A stretch of 37,433 nucleotides of DNA from a virus (taxonomy: Duplodnaviria; Heunggongvirae; Uroviricota; Caudoviricetes). Both the position numbers and the translations under genes were made by a program. Location of the stretch: IMG/VR virus record IMGVR_UViG_2563366989_000001; one strand, 5' to 3'. Positions 36,129 through 37,433 of this stretch are shown piece by piece. How positions within the stretch are numbered: the stretch's first letter is position 1; the number at the start of each line of letters is the position of its first letter. The notes under the pieces are model-generated. The model was given only the letters and a program-made list of their open reading frames with translations. It made no database searches and had not been told where the DNA came from.

Positions 36129-37433
36129 ATGGCTAAGACAGCATACCCAACAGGCGTTGAGAACCATGGCGGATCACTCCGCATATGGTTCATGTATAAA
36201 GGCACACGAGTGCGGGAAAGTCTCGGTGTGCCGGATACACCAAAAAACAGGAAAATAGCTGGCGAGCTACGAGCATCTGTTTGTTTTTCCATTAAGACGG
36301 GTAATTTCGACTATGCCGCTCAGTTTCCGGACTCTCCCAACCTGAGAAAATTTGGTGCGGAAAGTAAGGAAATTACCGTCGCAGACCTGGCTGAGAAATG
36401 GCTGGATCTGAAAAAGCTGGAAATCAGTACCAATGCGATGGGGCGTTACAGCTCCATTGTAAGAAATATGGTTCCCCGAATCGGAGGCAACAGACTTGCA
36501 TCTGCTGTGACTCAGGAAGAGCTACTGTTCATACGAAAGGATTTGCTGACCGGATATCACGTTCTGAAACGCGGGCAAAAAACACCCATTAAGGGACGTT
36601 CCGTGCCAACTGTTAATAACTACATGAACACCATGGCGGGGATGTTTCAGTTCGCAGCCGACAGCGGATACATCAAAGAAAATCCGTTCGCAGCCATTTC
36701 GCAACTGAAGAGATCACGAACGGAACCTGATCCGTTAACCCGTGATGAATTTGTCAGGTTGATTAACGCATTTAAGCATCAGCAATTAAAAAATATGTGG
36801 TCACTGGCTGTTTATACGGGAGTTCGCCACGGAGAGTTGGTTTCTCTGGCATGGGAAGATATAGACCTGAAGGCTGGGACAATGACGATCAGAAGAAACC
36901 ACACATTAACGAAAGAGTTCACTCTTCCAAAAACCGAAGCGGGAACAAACCGTGTTATCAACCTTATTCAACCTGCAATAGACGTGCTTAAGAATCAGGC
37001 TGAAATGACACGGCTTGGTAAGCAGTATCAGGTTGAAGTGAAACTTCGTGAGTATGGTCGAACTGAAATGCATCCGTGCACTTTTGTTTTCAATCCGCAA
37101 ATCGTTACGCGTAATGGCCTTGCCGGGCACCATTATGCAGTTGGGTCGATTAATCAGTCATGGGAAACTGCAATGCGACGCGCCGGGATTCGCTACCGCA
37201 AAGCATATCAGTCCAGGCACACTTATGCATGTTGGTCTTTGACCGCTGGAGCTAACCCTAACTTCATCGCGAAGCAAATGGGACACTCTGATGCTCAGAT
37301 GGTTTATCGCGTTTACGGATCGTGGATGGCAGAAAACAATCAGGATCAGGTATCCATTTTAAACCAGAAATTGAGTGAGTTTGCCCCATCCATGCCCCAC
37401 GCTGTGGAATCGGATGTAATTAAACAAGTATAG
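36129..37433 (+). CDS. int: Tyrosine-family integrase
   Basis: 434 aa; catalytic signature TGVRHGEL, SRHTYACW and GHSD...VYRVY (R, H-x-x-R, Y); stop codon is the last triplet of the window. Confidence 0.9.
   Translation: MAKTAYPTGVENHGGSLRIWFMYKGTRVRESLGVPDTPKNRKIAGELRASVCFSIKTGNFDYAAQFPDSPNLRKFGAESKEITVADLAEKWLDLKKLEISTNAMGRYSSIVRNMVPRIGGNRLASAVTQEELLFIRKDLLTGYHVLKRGQKTPIKGRSVPTVNNYMNTMAGMFQFAADSGYIKENPFAAISQLKRSRTEPDPLTRDEFVRLINAFKHQQLKNMWSLAVYTGVRHGELVSLAWEDIDLKAGTMTIRRNHTLTKEFTLPKTEAGTNRVINLIQPAIDVLKNQAEMTRLGKQYQVEVKLREYGRTEMHPCTFVFNPQIVTRNGLAGHHYAVGSINQSWETAMRRAGIRYRKAYQSRHTYACWSLTAGANPNFIAKQMGHSDAQMVYRVYGSWMAENNQDQVSILNQKLSEFAPSMPHAVESDVIKQV

Larger units (their letters stand above)
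1..37433. mobile_element. Mosaic lambdoid prophage (P22/Sf6-type virion module, lambda-type lysis/nin/immunity genes); both ends lie outside the window
   Basis: Contiguous phage gene order from tailspike to integrase; integrase ends at the window edge and no att core is identifiable; AT-rich cargo sits distal to the tailspike. Confidence 0.9.

Overview
The window is almost entirely one mosaic lambdoid prophage of an enterobacterial (E. coli/Shigella-like) host, lying inverted relative to the usual lambda map. Neither att site is in the window. From left to right: (i) an AT-rich two-gene cargo island (1-1389) with a secreted SGNH/GDSL-type hydrolase and a divergent gene of unknown function; (ii) a P22/Sf6-type virion module on the minus strand (1509-18307): tailspike, three ejection proteins, tail needle, tail hub, coat, scaffold, portal, large and small terminase; (iii) a lambda-type lysis cassette (S, R, Rz/Rz1), two tRNA genes and a Q-like antiterminator; (iv) a lambda-like nin region with RusA, a DnaB-type helicase and an O-like initiator carrying an internal iteron origin; (v) the immunity region with cII, cro, divergent promoters and a hybrid cI repressor whose C-terminal half is lambda-cI-like; (vi) the plus-strand early-left operon (pL, nutL, N-like antiterminator, cIII-like, Erf, SSB-like, many small unknown ORFs, two terminator-bounded moron units, xis, int). 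The most interesting candidates for undescribed biology are the left-end cargo pair beside a tailspike with a non-P22 receptor-binding domain, and an antisense gene (28849-29343) embedded in the pL operon behind a direct-repeat element. All calls rest on reading the sequence and recalled family signatures; no database search or RNA-folding calculation was run, and coordinates of short motifs are hand-counted.
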